DNA from: Eledone cirrhosa
Lineage: Eukaryota
Direction: 5' to 3'
Assembly (NCBI GenBank): GCA_964016885.1
Contig: OZ024763.1
Location: 15,004,001-15,068,000, forward strand
DNA length: 64,000 nucleotides
The notes under the pieces are model-generated. The model did no database searches, was not told the DNA's origin, and worked only from the letters and a program-made list of their open reading frames with translations. Shown piece after piece: positions 24,210 through 38,720 of this stretch. Within the stretch, counting starts at the first letter, position 1. Each line of letters opens with the position of its first letter. The position numbers were made by a program, and so were the translations under genes.

Positions 24210-25040
24210 CCGTTTTACGTCCATTCTTCCACGCTAGCATGGGTTAGACGGGTTGTCCTGTTGTGGGCAGTGTCTGGTCGGCTGACCATGCCTTGCTCAT
24301 ACAGGAACTGATTCTGGCTTGATTTCTACAGCTGGATGCCCTTCCTAACACCAACCTCATTTACAGTGAGTGCTGGGTGCTTTTTCGTGGCGCCTACACG
24401 TCCACTTTACAGTGAGTGCTGGGTGCTTTTTCGTGGCGCCTACACGTCCACTTTACAGTGTGGGCTGGGTGCTTTTTCGTGGCGCCTACACGTCCACTTT
24501 ACAGTGTGGGCTGGGTGCTTTTTCGTGGCGCCTACACGTCCACTTTACAGTGTGGGCTGGGTGCTTTTTTGTGGCGCCTACACGTCCACTTTACAGTGAG
24601 TGCTGGGTGCTTTTTCGTGGCGCCTACACGTCCACTTTACAGTGAGTGCTGGGTGCTTTTTCGTGGCGCCTACACGTCCACTTTACAGTGAGTGCTGGGT
24701 GCTTTTTCGTGGCGCCTACACGTCCACTTTACAGTGTGGGCTGGGTGCTTTTTTGTGGCGCCTACACGTCCACTTTACAGTGAGTGCTGGGTGCTTTTTT
24801 GTGGCGCCTACACGTCCACTTTACAGTGTGGGCTGGGTGCTTTTTTGTGGCGCCTACACGTCCACTTTACAGTGTGGGCTGGGTGCTTTTTTGCCGTGGC
24901 ACCTCCACGACCACCTTGCAGTGGGAGGGTGTGGGGGCATATTGTCTATATGCTTCAGCTTGTACCCATGGGAAGTCAGGTACTCTGTATTACTGCGTGA
25001 CGCCAGAGGTCACGGTCTGAGAGGTGTAATTGGGTAAGGT
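24178..25040 (-). mobile_element. Short 5'-truncated RTE copy whose 3' UTR carries a 46-bp tandem expansion
   Basis: 24895-25040 matches the end of the RTE ORF and UTR (44142-44310); 24178-24360 matches the tail (44375-44550). Confidence 0.9.
24361..24890. repeat. 46-bp minisatellite, about 12 copies, inside an RTE 3' UTR
   Basis: Unit ttacagtg.g.gctgggtgcttttt.gtggcgcctacacgtccact. Confidence 0.95.
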
Positions 25041-25809
25041 CGGCTTTTATCACCTATAATGGTACAATGATTTAAGGGAGATTTCACTGCTATATCTAGC
25101 ATGGTTAACAAACATATGTGTTGTGTGTACATTATATAATGTATTAACTTTGCCTTTCATCCTTATGGGGTCGATAAAATAAAGTACCAGTAATACACTG
25201 GGATAATTGCTGGCCTTGTGCCAAAAAGTAGAAACAATTATATAATGTATTCTTCCTTTCTTTATAATGGTGCTGTGTGGTTTGAGGAATTTTTGGCTGC
25301 TATTTCTAGCAGGTTAACAACCACATATGTGTACATTATATAGTGTGGCCTTCCCTTCTAGTTGATGGTGCTGTGTGGTTTGAGGGAGATTTGGCTGCTA
25401 TTTCTAGCAGGTTTAATAACGTGGTTCTGAGTTCAAATCACGCCAAGCTTAGTTTTGCCTTTCATCCTCATGGGGGTCGATAAAATAAAGTACCAGTAAT
25501 GCACTGGGGTTGATTTAATCGACTTTCCCCTCCCCCAAATTGCTGGCCTTGTGCCAAATGTAGAAACAATTATATGTAACCTTCCTTTCTTTATAATGGT
25601 GCTGTGTGACTTGAGGGAGATTTAGCTGATATTTCTAGTAGGGTTAACATCCACATGTGTCTACATTATCTAACGTGTCCTTCCATAGGGTTTATGATAG
25701 TATAGTACAATGTAATTTAGCTGCTGTTTCTAGCAGTTTTCCTTCAACATCATCACTAGTGTCTGCTTTCGATGCTTGCTTGGGTTTGATGGGCTGTCAT
25801 ATTCTGAGG

Positions 25810-26310
25810 CTAGACAGGACACCCAGCCATAGAAACCATGCTCCTAGTACACTCTGTATGGTGGTTGGTGTTAGGAAAGACATCCAGCCATAGAAACATA
25901 CTCCAAGTACAAAGTGGTTGGCGTTAGGAAGAGCATCCAGCTGTAGAAACCGTGCTCCCAGTGCATTCTATAAAGTGGTTGGTGTTAGGAAAGGCATCCA
26001 GCGGTAGAAACCATGCTCCAAGTACACTCTGTAAAGTGGTTGGTGTTAAGAAGGACACCCAGCCATAGAAACCATGCTCCAAGTACACTCTGTAAAGTGG
26101 TTGGTGTTAAGAAGGACACCCAGCCATAGAAACCATGCTCCAAGTACACTCTGTAAAGTGGTTGGTGTTAAGAAGGACACCCAGCCATAGAAACCATGCT
26201 CCAAGTACACTCTGTAAAGTGGTTGGCGTTAGGAAGGGCATCCAGCGGTAGAAACCATGCTCCAAGTGCATACTGTAAAGTGGTTGGTGTTAGGAAAGGC
26301 ATGCAGCCCA
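25810..26310. repeat. Approximately 61-bp tandem repeat, about 8 copies, derived from the RTE/SINE tail
   Basis: Unit aaagtggttggtgtta.gaagg.ca.ccagc..tagaaaccatgctccaagtacactctgt. Confidence 0.88.
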
Positions 26311-26679
26311 TGCAAGCGTGGAACAGTGGAATAAAATGATGATGATGATGATCCAGCCATTGAAACCAAAGCAAGAATGGAACACATGAGCAAGACATGT
26401 ATATGTCTGAATAAAAGACAGGATGGTCACAGTTGGAATATCTTTGATCATAGGTATGTTGGATCAGGACTGACCTGGGGCTAAACAACAAGGAAGGAGA
26501 CATTAGATAATGTAGTCCTAGATACATTATGCCAATAGGTAATGTGATACAAGGAAGGATCCATTCGGTAGTGTAGACCTAGATACACTATGCCATCAAC
26601 AACGAGGAAAGAGACATTAGATACACTATGTCATGGACATTTTTAGTCCACAATGATTCTTTGCAAAATCAAAAACACA

Positions 26680-27146
26680 GACATACATACATACACACAC
26701 ACATATATATATACACATACATACACACACACACATATATATATATACACACACATACATACACACACATATATATATACACACACACATATATACACAT
26801 ACATACACACACACACACATACATACATACACACACACACACATATATATACACATACACACACACATATATATACACATACATACACACACACATACAT
26901 ACACACACATATATATACACATACATACACACACACACATATATACACATACATACATACACACATATATACACATACACACACACATATATATACACAT
27001 ACATACACACACACACACACATTATATATATATATATATATAGACACACCTACACACACATCATACAGACATCACAATTGCGTATGTGTCCAGTGATGTA
27101 TTTGTCTATGTGTATGAGTGTATATATATATATGTATGTGTGAGCA

Positions 27147-27222
<76 letters not shown>

Positions 27223-28910
27223 AAACAATCAAATCTTAGTTTAATACATTTATTTGCTGACAATTGTTTCTTCCAGGAGGAAGTCTGGAATCATCAGAGC
27301 ATAGGGAATGTCTGAACAGGTGATTAAAATCATAGTCGTTCAGTCACCGGCTAGTACTTAGTACTACCCTCCATATCTATAATTGTATATTAAACATATA
27401 CAGGTATATATATATATATATATAAACACATATATACACATACATACACACATATATATATAAATATATATATACATACACACACACACATACATACATA
27501 TATATATATACACACTCATACGCATATATACACATCACTGGCCACACACAATTGTGATGTCTATATGATGTATGTCTATGAATGTGAAGCACGTGTGTGA
27601 GTGAAGTATGTGTGTATATATATATATATATGTATGTATGTATTTATGTATGTATGTATGTATAAATGTGAGCTGCATATATGAGAGGATGTGTGTATGT
27701 GTGTGCATCATGTAATGTATATCTCTCATGTATCCATGTGTGTGTGTGTATGTGTAATGTATTCAGGTGTGTTCATTTGTGTGTGTGTGTGTAAGTTCAT
27801 ATGTATGTGGGTATGTATGTGTGTGGGTATGTATGTGTGTGTGCATGTGACAAGCAGTGAAATATTTAAGATATTTGGTGTGGACAGTATATCATATACT
27901 CTAGATGGTGGTAGGTGTGGTGGTGGTGGTGGTGGTGGTGTGGTGGTGGTGTGGTGAAGTGGTGGTGGTGGTGGTGGTGGTGGTGGTGTGGTGGTGGTGG
28001 TGGTGGTGGTGTGGTGGTGGTGGTGGTGTGGTGAAGTGGTGGTGGTGTGTGGAGTGGTGGTGGTGGTGGTGGTGGAGTGGTGTGGTGGTGGAGTGGTGTG
28101 GTGGTGAAGTGGTGGTGGAGTGGTGGTAGAGGTGTGGTGGAGTGGTGGAGTGGTGTGGTGAAGTGGTGTGGTGGTGGTGGAATGGTGGAATGGTGGTGGT
28201 GGTGTGGTGGTGGTGGGGTGGTAAAGGTGTGGTGGTGGAGTGGTAGAGGTGTGATAGAGGTGTGGTGGTGAAGTGGTGGAGTGGTGGTAGAGGTGTGGTG
28301 GAGTGGCGTGGTGGTGGTGGAGTGGTGGTGGTGTGGTGGTGGTGGTGGTGGTGGTGGTGGTAGTGTGGTGAAGTGGTGGTGGAGTGGTGTGGTGGTGGAG
28401 TGGTGTGGTGGTGAAGTGGTGGTGAAGTGGTGGTGGTGGAGTGGTGGTAGAGGTGTGGTGGAGTGGTGTGGTGGAGTGGTGGTGGTGGAGTGGTGTGGTG
28501 GTGGTGAAGTGGTGTGGTGGTGGTGGAGTGGTGGCGGTGATAGAATGGTGGTGGTGTGGTGGTGGAGTGGTAGAGGTGTGGTGGTGGTGTGGTGGTGGTG
28601 GGGTGATAGAGGTGTGGTGGAGTGGTAAAGGTGTGGTGGTGGAGTGGTAGAGGTGTGATAGAGGTGTGGTGGTGGTGGAGTGGTGGAGTGGTGGAGGTGT
28701 GGTGGTGGTGGAGTGGTAGAGGTGTGGTGGTGGTGGGGTGATAGGTGTGGTGGTGGTGGTGGTGGTGGAGCAGTAGAGGTGTTTTGGTGGTGGTGGTGAA
28801 CTGTGGTGGTGGAGTGGTAGTGGTGTGGTGGTGGAGTGGTAATGGTGTGGTGGTGGTGGTGGTGGTGGTGGTGGTGGTGTTGATGATATGTAGGTGTGGT
28901 GGAGGTGATA
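26680..28910. repeat. CA/TA microsatellite fields followed by a 1-kb (GGT)n-rich field (27905-28905)
   Basis: Direct inspection. Confidence 0.9.
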
Positions 28911-29572
28911 GACATAAACAAACACACGCACAGCACACAAACATGCAGGCACACACACAAGGTTATGCACTAACGTACATGCATACACATACTAACATAC
29001 ACACATACATACACAAATAGAAGGTTACACACAAACATACACACATACACAAACAGAAGGTTACACATTAACATACATACACATATATACAAATGCATAC
29101 ACAAACACATACTTACACAGAGAAAGAGTCAGACACACACACACACACCCACACTACATACACACATACACAAAAACTCCATTGTTTCAATCATTTACAC
29201 AAACAATAAGGAACAGTCAGGTGTGCAGACACCCCCACCCCCACCACCCCCATCATCATCATCACCATAACAACCATCATTGTCACCACCACTAACGACA
29301 TCAACAATATCACCAACATCAACATCCTCACAACCAACATCAACACCATCAACATCCTCATTACCACCACCAACACCACCACCACAATTACTACTACTAC
29401 CACCACCACCATCAACATCCTCACCACCACCATTACTACCACCACAAATACTACCACCACCACCACTACCACCACCATCATCATCAACACCATCACTATT
29501 GCCTTGGTTTTTATAGCTGGATGCCCTTTCTAATGCCAACCACATTACAGCATGTACATGGAGCATTTTATC

Positions 29573-30645
29573 ATGGCTCCAGCTCTACCACATTACAGGA
29601 TGGACTAGGTGCTTTTGTCATGGCTCCAGCTCTACCACATTACAGGATGGACTAGGTGCTTTTGTCATGGCTCCAGCTCTACCACATTACAGGATGGACT
29701 AGGTGCTTTTGTCATGGCTCCAGCTCTACCACATTACAGGATGGACTAGGTGCTTTTGTCATGGCTCCAGCTCTACCACATTACAGGATGGACTAGGTGC
29801 TTTTGTCATGGCTCCAGCTCTACCACATTACAGGATGGACTAGGTGCTTTTGTCATGGCTCCAGCTCTACCACATTACAGGATGGACTAGGTGCTTTTGT
29901 CATGGCTCCAGCTCTACCACATTACAGGATGGACTAGGTGCTTTTGTCATGGCTCCAGCTCTACCACATTACAGGATGGACTAGGTGCTTTTGTCATGGC
30001 TCCAGCTCTACCACATTACAGGATGGACTAGGTGCTTTTGTCATGGCTCCAGCTCTACCACATTACAGGATGGACTAGGTGCTTTTGTCATGGCTCCAGC
30101 TCTACCACATTACAGGATGGACTAGGTGCTTTTGTCATGGCTCCAGCTCTACCACATTACAGGATGGACTAGGTGCTTTTGTCATGGCTCCAGCTCTACC
30201 ACATTACAGGATGGACTAGGTGCTTTTGTCATGGCTCCAGCTCTACCACATTACAGGATGGACTAGGTGCTTTTGTCATGGCTCCAGCTCTACCACATTA
30301 CAGGATGGACTAGGTGCTTTTGTCATGGCTCCAGCTCTACCACATTACAGGATGGACTAGGTGCTTTTGTCATGGCTCCAGCTCTACCACATTACAGGAT
30401 GGACTAGGTGCTTTTGTCATGGCTCCAGCTCTACCACATTACAGGATGGACTAGGTGCTTTTGTCATGGCTCCAGCTCTACCACATTACAGGATGGACTA
30501 GGTGCTTTTGTCATGGCTCCAGCTCTACCACATTACAGGATGGACTAGGTGCTTTTGTCATGGCTCCAGCTCTACCACATTACAGGATGGACTAGGTGCT
30601 TTTGTCATGGCTCCAGCTCTACCACATTACAGGATGGACTGGGTG
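29573..30645. repeat. 47-bp homogeneous minisatellite, about 23 copies, with diverged copies to about 30945
   Basis: Unit atggctccagctctaccacattacaggatggactaggtgcttttgtc. Confidence 0.95.
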
Positions 30646-31012
30646 CTTTTTTCATAGCACTAGCACTACCATTTTACAAGGTGAACTGGGTGTTTTTTTA
30701 TCATGGCACCAACACTACCATTTTAGAGGGTAAGCTGGGTGCTTTTTTTTGTCATGGTACAAGTATGATCACCTTACAGGGCGGACTGGGTGCTTTTTGT
30801 TGTGGAACCAGCACTCCCACTTTACAAGGAGGACTGGGTGTTTTTGTTGAGAGACTAGCACTACCCCATTACAGAGTGAACTGGGCGCCTTTTTTTTGTG
30901 ATACCACCACTACCATTTTACAGGGTGGAGCACCACCACTTTACAACACACACACACACACACACACACACACGTACATACATAGACAACTTGTGTGAAA
31001 TCAGTGGCTTAC

Positions 31013-31189
31013 CTTTTCTGAATAAATGGACAGTGGTGTCATCGGATTGACCACAATCATGGTTGGACCAGAATAACTGTGGATCAAGTTACTTCCATAG
31101 CGTTGTCGGATCACGTGGAGAAGGCTGGATTCATTGAGGTAGCGAAGCATCGTCAGGTCCTCGGTCTTGTCAAACTGAGGCGGATTGGA
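31013..31189 (-). CDS. MYO18A: Myosin-XVIII exon, start of motor (SNPPQFDKTEDLTMLRYLNESS...YSEK)
   Basis: cttcag| acceptor, AAG|gtaagc donor, 177 nt, phase 0/0. Myosin NPP..EDL..L..LNE motif. Confidence 0.96.
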
Positions 31190-31239
31190 CTGAAGGACAA
31201 ATATGGACAAATTTTAGTTAGCATGAAAAGATGTGAGCC

Positions 31240-31875
31240 TGTGGAAACACTGTAGAGTTTGGAGAAGTCAGACTGTGGAAATATAGCAAAGTTTTGGGGA
31301 AGTCAGACTGTGGAAATATAGCAAAGTTTTGGGGAAGTCAGACTGTGGAAATATAGCAAAGTTTTGGGGATTTAGGATGTGGAAATATAGCAAAGTTTTG
31401 GGGATTTAGGATGTGGAAATATAGCAAAGTTTTGGGGAAGTCAGACTGTGGAAATATAGCAAAGTTTTGGGGATTTAGGATGTGGAAATATAGCAAAGTT
31501 TTGGGGAAGTCAGACTGTGGAAATATAGCAAAGTTTTGGGGATTTAGGATGTGGAAATATAGCAGTTTTGGGGATTTAGGATGTGGAAATATAGCAGTTT
31601 TGGGGAGTTAACTGTGGGAATGTTGTAGAGGTTGGAAGAAATGGGGTGTGGAAATAATGTAGAGTTTGAGGAGTGTAAATACTATAGAGTTTTGGGGAGT
31701 TAGACTGGAAATATTGTAGAGTTTTGGGGAAGTTAGGCTGGAATTAGGCTGGAAGTATTATAGAGTTTGGGGGAGTTAGGCTGTGGAAATATTGTAGAGT
31801 TTTGGAGGAGTTACATTGTGGAAACATTGTAGAATTTTGGGGAAGTTAGACTGTGGAAATACAAAAGAGTTTGAG
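31240..31875. repeat. 34-35-bp tandem repeat filling most of the intron between two myosin exons
   Basis: Unit gtggaaatatagcaaagttttggggaagtcagact, degenerating rightwards. Confidence 0.9.
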
Positions 31876-31949
31876 ACCTAAATTCTAGAAAACATTGAGA
31901 GCTGTGGAGTCAAATATGAATGAAGTAATCCCGATAAAGGACTGCTTAC

Positions 31950-32147
31950 CTTCTCAATATCTTCTTCATCCACTTCAACGATCTCTCCATCATGATCTAG
32001 TTTTACCTTGACTTTCCCCTCAGGGAGAGTCGATACACCACTGGTCTTCAATAGTGTGGCACTGGAGAATCCTCCCTTATGGATCAGCCATACTTTATCT
32101 GACTCCAACCAAGCTTTCTCGGACTTGACATCTTCTTCGGATTTTGT
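31950..32147 (-). CDS. MYO18A: Myosin-XVIII exon, SH3-like N-terminal region (TKSEEDVKSEKAWLESDKVWLIHKGGF...LPEGKVKVKLDHDGEIVEVDEEDIEK)
   Basis: tttcag| acceptor, AAG|gtaagc donor, 198 nt, phase 0/0. Strong similarity to the MYO18A pre-motor segment. Confidence 0.95.
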
Positions 32148-32578
32148 CTGAAATTCAATTTGAAATACATTAAAATTTCATAACATTTTTTTTTTAAATA
32201 CGTAGGGGTGATTCAGAAATATCTGAAAGTAATAGCCAAAGAAACACATGTACCTAAAATGACAGCACAGTTGATGCAATAAATATGTGTGTGTATATAT
32301 ATATATTTAATTTTATTAAAATAAAAGAGATTAAAAAATAAAACCCACTTCTGGCAGCATGGTATAGTGCCCTCTATCGGACACTGGATTAGTCCCTTTT
32401 ATTTTTCTTGGAAGAAGAGATTTTAATCTCAAAATATCAGGACATAAATGAATTAAGGTAAAACACATAACATCTTGTTTCACTTCTTATTCATCTATTC
32501 ACATTGTCGTGGATTTTAAACTTCAAATTTTATATACCATACACAATGCATCAAGTAAACTACAAATTCCTCCATATA

Positions 32579-33075
32579 CAGGGTGCAGACGATATTTGTT
32601 GGCAAGATTACTGTCTATGAAAAAATAACACAGTAGTTTTATTTTTTAAGATTTATTTATCAAACTTGGGTCAGTTTGTCTTCATGACTTGTTCTTTCGA
32701 TCTCACTCGATAAACCCGCCATTGGCTTTGATGACGGCCTCAAGGCGGCCTCGGAACCGGCTACAGGCCTTCGTCACTGTCCTCCGACTTAGGCCCCTAA
32801 AGGCACTTGTGATCCTGGCCTTCAGATCATCTTTCGTATTGCAGCTAGATCTGTTGCTGTCTCATTCCACTGCGCCCCACACAAAGAAGTTGAGGGGGTT
32901 GCAGTCAGGCGAGCTGGGAGGCCAGATGTCAGGTGAAGTGTGGTCGACGAAGTTCTCTGACAGCCAGGCTTGGGTCTTTCGGCTGGTATGGCAGGGCGCT
33001 GAGTCTTGCTGCCACACGTACGGCCTACCTGCAATTGGCAGTTGAAAATTGCGAACAAATATCGTCCACACCCTG
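32579..33075 (-). mobile_element. Internal-deletion derivative of the same Tc1/mariner element
   Basis: Same TIRs (CAGGGTG..GACGATATTTGTT) and TA flanks; the left end is joined directly to the transposase C-terminal third. Confidence 0.92.
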
Positions 33076-33649
33076 TATATATATCGTCCAGGAGTTGAGA
33101 TTTTTACTTTTATCTCTACCAAAACACAGCAACCGTATCTGCTATTAACTAAATGTGTGCACTCTGAACAGCTGATTGTAGCTGCATTACTGCAATTCAG
33201 CTGATTAATTGCATGAGCTAGACATTGGCCAGAGAACGTTGACTTAATAACCAGCGATCTTCATTACTTTTATATTATATATATATCATCATCATCATTT
33301 AATGTCTATCTTCCACGGTAGCATGAGTTAGATGGGAATTGTTCCACTTGAAGCAAGATTAATCGGGTTACCATGTCTCGCTCATATAGGGCTGTCTGGC
33401 AGGTTTTCTACGGCTGGATGCCCTTCCTAACACCAACCACGTTTACAGTGTGGACTGGGAGGTTTTTACCGTGTTACCTACACGGCCACATTACAGCGTG
33501 GACTGTTTTTTTTTTCTTTTGTCGTGACACCTACACGACCTCATTTATTTAGGACTGGATGTTGTGGTACCAACATAACTTTATAGAGAAAGGGGTGGTG
33601 TATATTTTGGTTATGAGGTGCCTACTGACTGTAGGTGCCGCTTTGTACT

Positions 33650-33685
<36 letters not shown>

Positions 33686-33698
33686 CAAGTACAAAGCG

Positions 33699-33733
<35 letters not shown>

Positions 33734-33892
33734 CGAAGGAAATGTGTTAAGGAACCCGGTGGACCATAACGCACCAAAGTACTCAATACTTAGGGTAGTA
33801 GAGTAGGTAATAGGAACCAGTAAGTCCCCGACGGCTGAGCTCGACAATTAGCCGTCGAAACGGCTTGAGCTCTGCCGTCGGGGTCTTACTGG

Positions 33893-33929
<37 letters not shown>

Positions 33930-34257
33930 CGTTTCTGAATTTGTTTAGCAAGATTCTTTATCTGAAATCGTGTGTTGAAACCGATATTGTTATACTTTGG
34001 GAGGGTCATGTTGCCAAAACAAAATGGCGTAGGATAGAAGAAAGGAAAGGCACAGAAACGAAGAAAGAAATCCCCAGTCACTGAAGAGGTCACAGAGTGT
34101 GTGACGAAAGAACTATGACTATATATATATAAACAACTATCTGGTTGTGGAACCAACCAACCAACCAGAAATTTATAAATATATAATAAATTAAATTGAA
34201 GTGAAAGCAACTGGTGCGTGTGTTTCTTATTGGCAACATGACCCTCCCAAAGTATAA

Positions 34258-34764
<507 letters not shown>

Positions 34765-34982
34765 AATTATATTCTAAACATTTCACCTATCACCACAAAC
34801 ACTGTATTTTTTGTTGAATCTCCAGTCTGAAGAGCACATCAATACTGGTTTGGGTCCGTAACTTCTATGGGTGATAGAAGTTTGGGTCCGTAACTTCTAT
34901 GGGTGATAGAAGTTATGGAACCAATCCTATGAAACACACACAACAGGTCACAACACAATAAAAACCCGCATACATGTAAATG

Positions 34983-37900
34983 AAACTCCATTGTCTTTCT
35001 TAACACACAAATACATACACACACCAATGAAAAACATGAGAAAGTCAAACTCCATTGTCTTTCTTAACACACAAATATATACACACACTAATGAAAAACA
35101 TGAGAAAGTCAAACTCCATTGTCTTTCTTAACACACAAATATATACACACACTAATGAAAAACATGAGAAAGTCAAACCCCATTGTCTTTCTTAACACAC
35201 AAATACATACACACACCAATGAAAAACATGAGAAAGTCAAATTTCATTGTCTTTCTTAACACACAAATACATACACACACCAATGAAAAACATGAGAAAG
35301 TCAAACTCCATTGTCTTTCTTAACACACAAATACATACACACACCAATGAAAAACATGAGAAAGTCAAACTCCATTGTCTTTCTTAACACACAAATACAT
35401 ACACACACCAATGAAAAACATGAGAAAGTCAAACTCCATTGTCTTTCTTAACACACAAATACATACACACACCAATGAAAAATATGAGAAAGTCAAATTT
35501 CATTGTCTTTCTTAACACACAAATACATACACACACCAATGAAAAACATGAGAAAGTCAAATTTCATTGTCTTTCTTAACACACAAATACATACACACAC
35601 CAATGAAAAACATGAGAAAGTCAAATTTCATTGTCTTTCTTAACACACAAATACATACACACACCAATGAAAAACATGAGAAAGTCAAATTTCATTGTCT
35701 TTCTTAACACACAAATACATACACACACCAATGAAAAACATGAGAAAGTCAAATTTCATTGTCTTTCTTAACACACAAATACATACACACACCAATGAAA
35801 AACATGAGAAAGTCAAACTCCATTGTCTTTCTTAACACACAAATACATACACACACCAATGAAACACATGAGAAAGTCAAATTTCATTGTCTTTCTTAAC
35901 ACACAAATACATACACACACCAATGAAAAACATGAGAAAGTCAAACTCCATTGTCTTTCTTAACACACAAATACATACACACACCAATGAAAAACATGAG
36001 AAAGTCAAACTCCATTGTCTTTCTTAACACACAAATACATACACACACCAATGAAAAACATGAGAAAGTCAAACTCCATTGTCTTTCTTAACACACAAAT
36101 ATATACACACACTAATGAAAAACATGAGAAAGTCAAACTCCATTGTCTTTCTTAACACACAAATACATACACACACCAATGAAAAACATGAGAAAGTCAA
36201 ATTTCATTGTCTTTCTTAACACACAAATACATACACACACCAATGAAAAACATGAGAAAGTCAAACTCCATTGTCTTTCTTAACACACAAATACATACAC
36301 ACACCAATGAAAAACATGAGAAAGTCAAATTTCATTGTCTTTCTTAACACACAAATACATACACACACCAATGAAAAACATGAGAAAGTCAAACTCCATT
36401 GTCTTTCTTAACACACAAATACATACACACACCAATGAAAAACATGAGAAAGTCAAATTTCATTGTCTTTCTTAACACACAAATACATACACACACCAAT
36501 GAAAAACATGAGAAAGTCAAACTCCATTGTCTTTCTTAACACACAAATACATACACACACCAATGAAAAACATGAGAAAGTCAAATCCCATTGTCTTTCT
36601 TAACACACAAATACATACACACACCAATGAAAAACATGAGAAAGTCAAACTCCATTGTCTTTCTTAACACACAAATATATACACACACTAATGAAAAACA
36701 TGAGAAAGTCAAACTCCATTGTCTTTCTTAACACACAAATACATACACACACCAATGAAAAACATGAGAAAGTCAAATCCCATTGTCTTTCTTAACACAC
36801 AAATACATACACACACCAATGAAAAACATGAGAAAGTCAAACTCCATTGTCTTTCTTAACACACAAATACATACACACACCAATGAAAAACATGAGAAAG
36901 TCAAATTTCATTGTCTTTCTTAACACACAAATACATACACACACCAATGAAAAACATGAGAAAGTCAAACTCCATTGTCTTTCTTAACACACAAATACAT
37001 ACACACACCAATGAAAAACATGAGAAAGTCAAATTTCATTGTCTTTCTTAACACACAAATACATACACACACCAATGAAAAACATGAGAAAGTCAAACTC
37101 CATTGTCTTTCTTAACACACAAATACATACACACACCAATGAAAAACATGAGAAAGTCAAATTTCATTGTCTTTCTTAACACACAAATACATACACACAC
37201 CAATGAAAAACATGAGAAAGTCAAACTCCATTGTCTTTCTTAACACACAAATACATACACACACCAATGAAAAACATGAGAAAGTCAAATTTCATTGTCT
37301 TTCTTAACACACAAATACATACACACACCAATGAAAAACATGAGAAGGTCAAATTTCATAGTCTTTCTTAACACACAAATACATACACACTCTAATGAAA
37401 AACATGAGAAAGTCAAACTCCATTGTCTTTCTTAACACACAAATATATACACACACCAATGAAAAACATGAGAAAGTCAAACTCCATTGTCTTTCTTAAC
37501 ACACAAATACATACACACACCAATGAAAAACATGAGAAAGTCAAATCCCATTGTCTTTCTTAACACACAAATACATACACACACCAATGAAAAACATGAG
37601 AAAGTCAAACTCCATTGTCTTTCTTAACACACAAATATATACACACACTAATGAAAAACATGAGAAAGTCAAACTCCATTGTCTTTCTTAACACACAAAT
37701 ACATACACACACCAATGAAAAACATGAGAAAGTCAAATCCCATTGTCTTTCTTAACACACAAATACATACACACACCAATGAAAAACATGAGAAAGTCAA
37801 ACTCCATTGTCTTTCTTAACACACAAATATATACACACACTAATGAAAAACATGAGAAAGTCAAACTCCATTGTCTTTCTTAACACACAAATACATACAC

Positions 37901-38442
37901 ACACCAATGAAAAACATGAGAAAGTCAAATTTCATTGTCTTTCTTAACACACAAATACATACACACACCAATGAAAAACATGAGAAAGTCAAACTCCATT
38001 GTCTTTCTTAACACACAAATACATACACACACCAATGAAAAACATGAGAAAGTCAAATCCCATTGTCTTTCTTAACACACAAATACATACACACACCAAT
38101 GAAAAACATGAGAAAGTCAAACTCCATTGTCTTTCTTAACACACAAATACATACACACACCAATGAAAAACATGAGAAAGTTAAATTTCATTGTCTTTCT
38201 TAACACACAAATACATACACACACCAATGAAAAACATGAGAAAGTCAAACTCCATTGTCTTTCTTAACACACAAATACATACACACACCAATGAAAAACA
38301 TGAGAAAGTCAAACTCCATTGTCTTTCTTAACACACAAATACATACACACACCAATAAAAAACATGAGAAAGTCAAACTCCATTGTCTTTCTTAACACAC
38401 AAATACATACACACACCAATGAAAAACATGAGAAAGTCAAAT
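34983..38442. repeat. 64-bp satellite, about 54 copies
   Basis: Unit aaactccattgtctttcttaacacacaaatacatacacacaccaatgaaaaacatgagaaagtc. Confidence 0.97.
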
Positions 38443-38720
38443 TCCAATAACTTCCTTCTTTGTTGCATAACACGTATTTCTGTAGTTGATCAAACCCTGA
38501 CGCAAAGCAATTGCTAATGTCATCTGATGGTAGGAACATAATAGATGTACCTAAGTAATCCTTGCTGAGAGGCAGCATAGCCAAGATAAGAACAAACACA
38601 AAGAATTAATTATAGGGAGGCAACCAAACTAGCTATGTTATATAATATATAATGAAAACTATTGTGTATAGTGCTCAGGTACACTACAACTCATTAAAGG
38701 TGTATGTATAGTACATAGAA

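Noticed and set aside
21050-24247. ORFs of 445-919 aa (CVCLS, poly-V, GD-rich) and the Thr-rich tail of ORF 22811-24127
   Set aside because: Satellite translations; only 23926-24136 is a real exon, ending at a gtaagt donor.
34983-38442. CRISPR-like regular arrays (also 29573-30645, 5436-5912 and 47273-47918)
   Set aside because: Head-to-tail units with no unique spacers, no cas genes, eukaryotic context.
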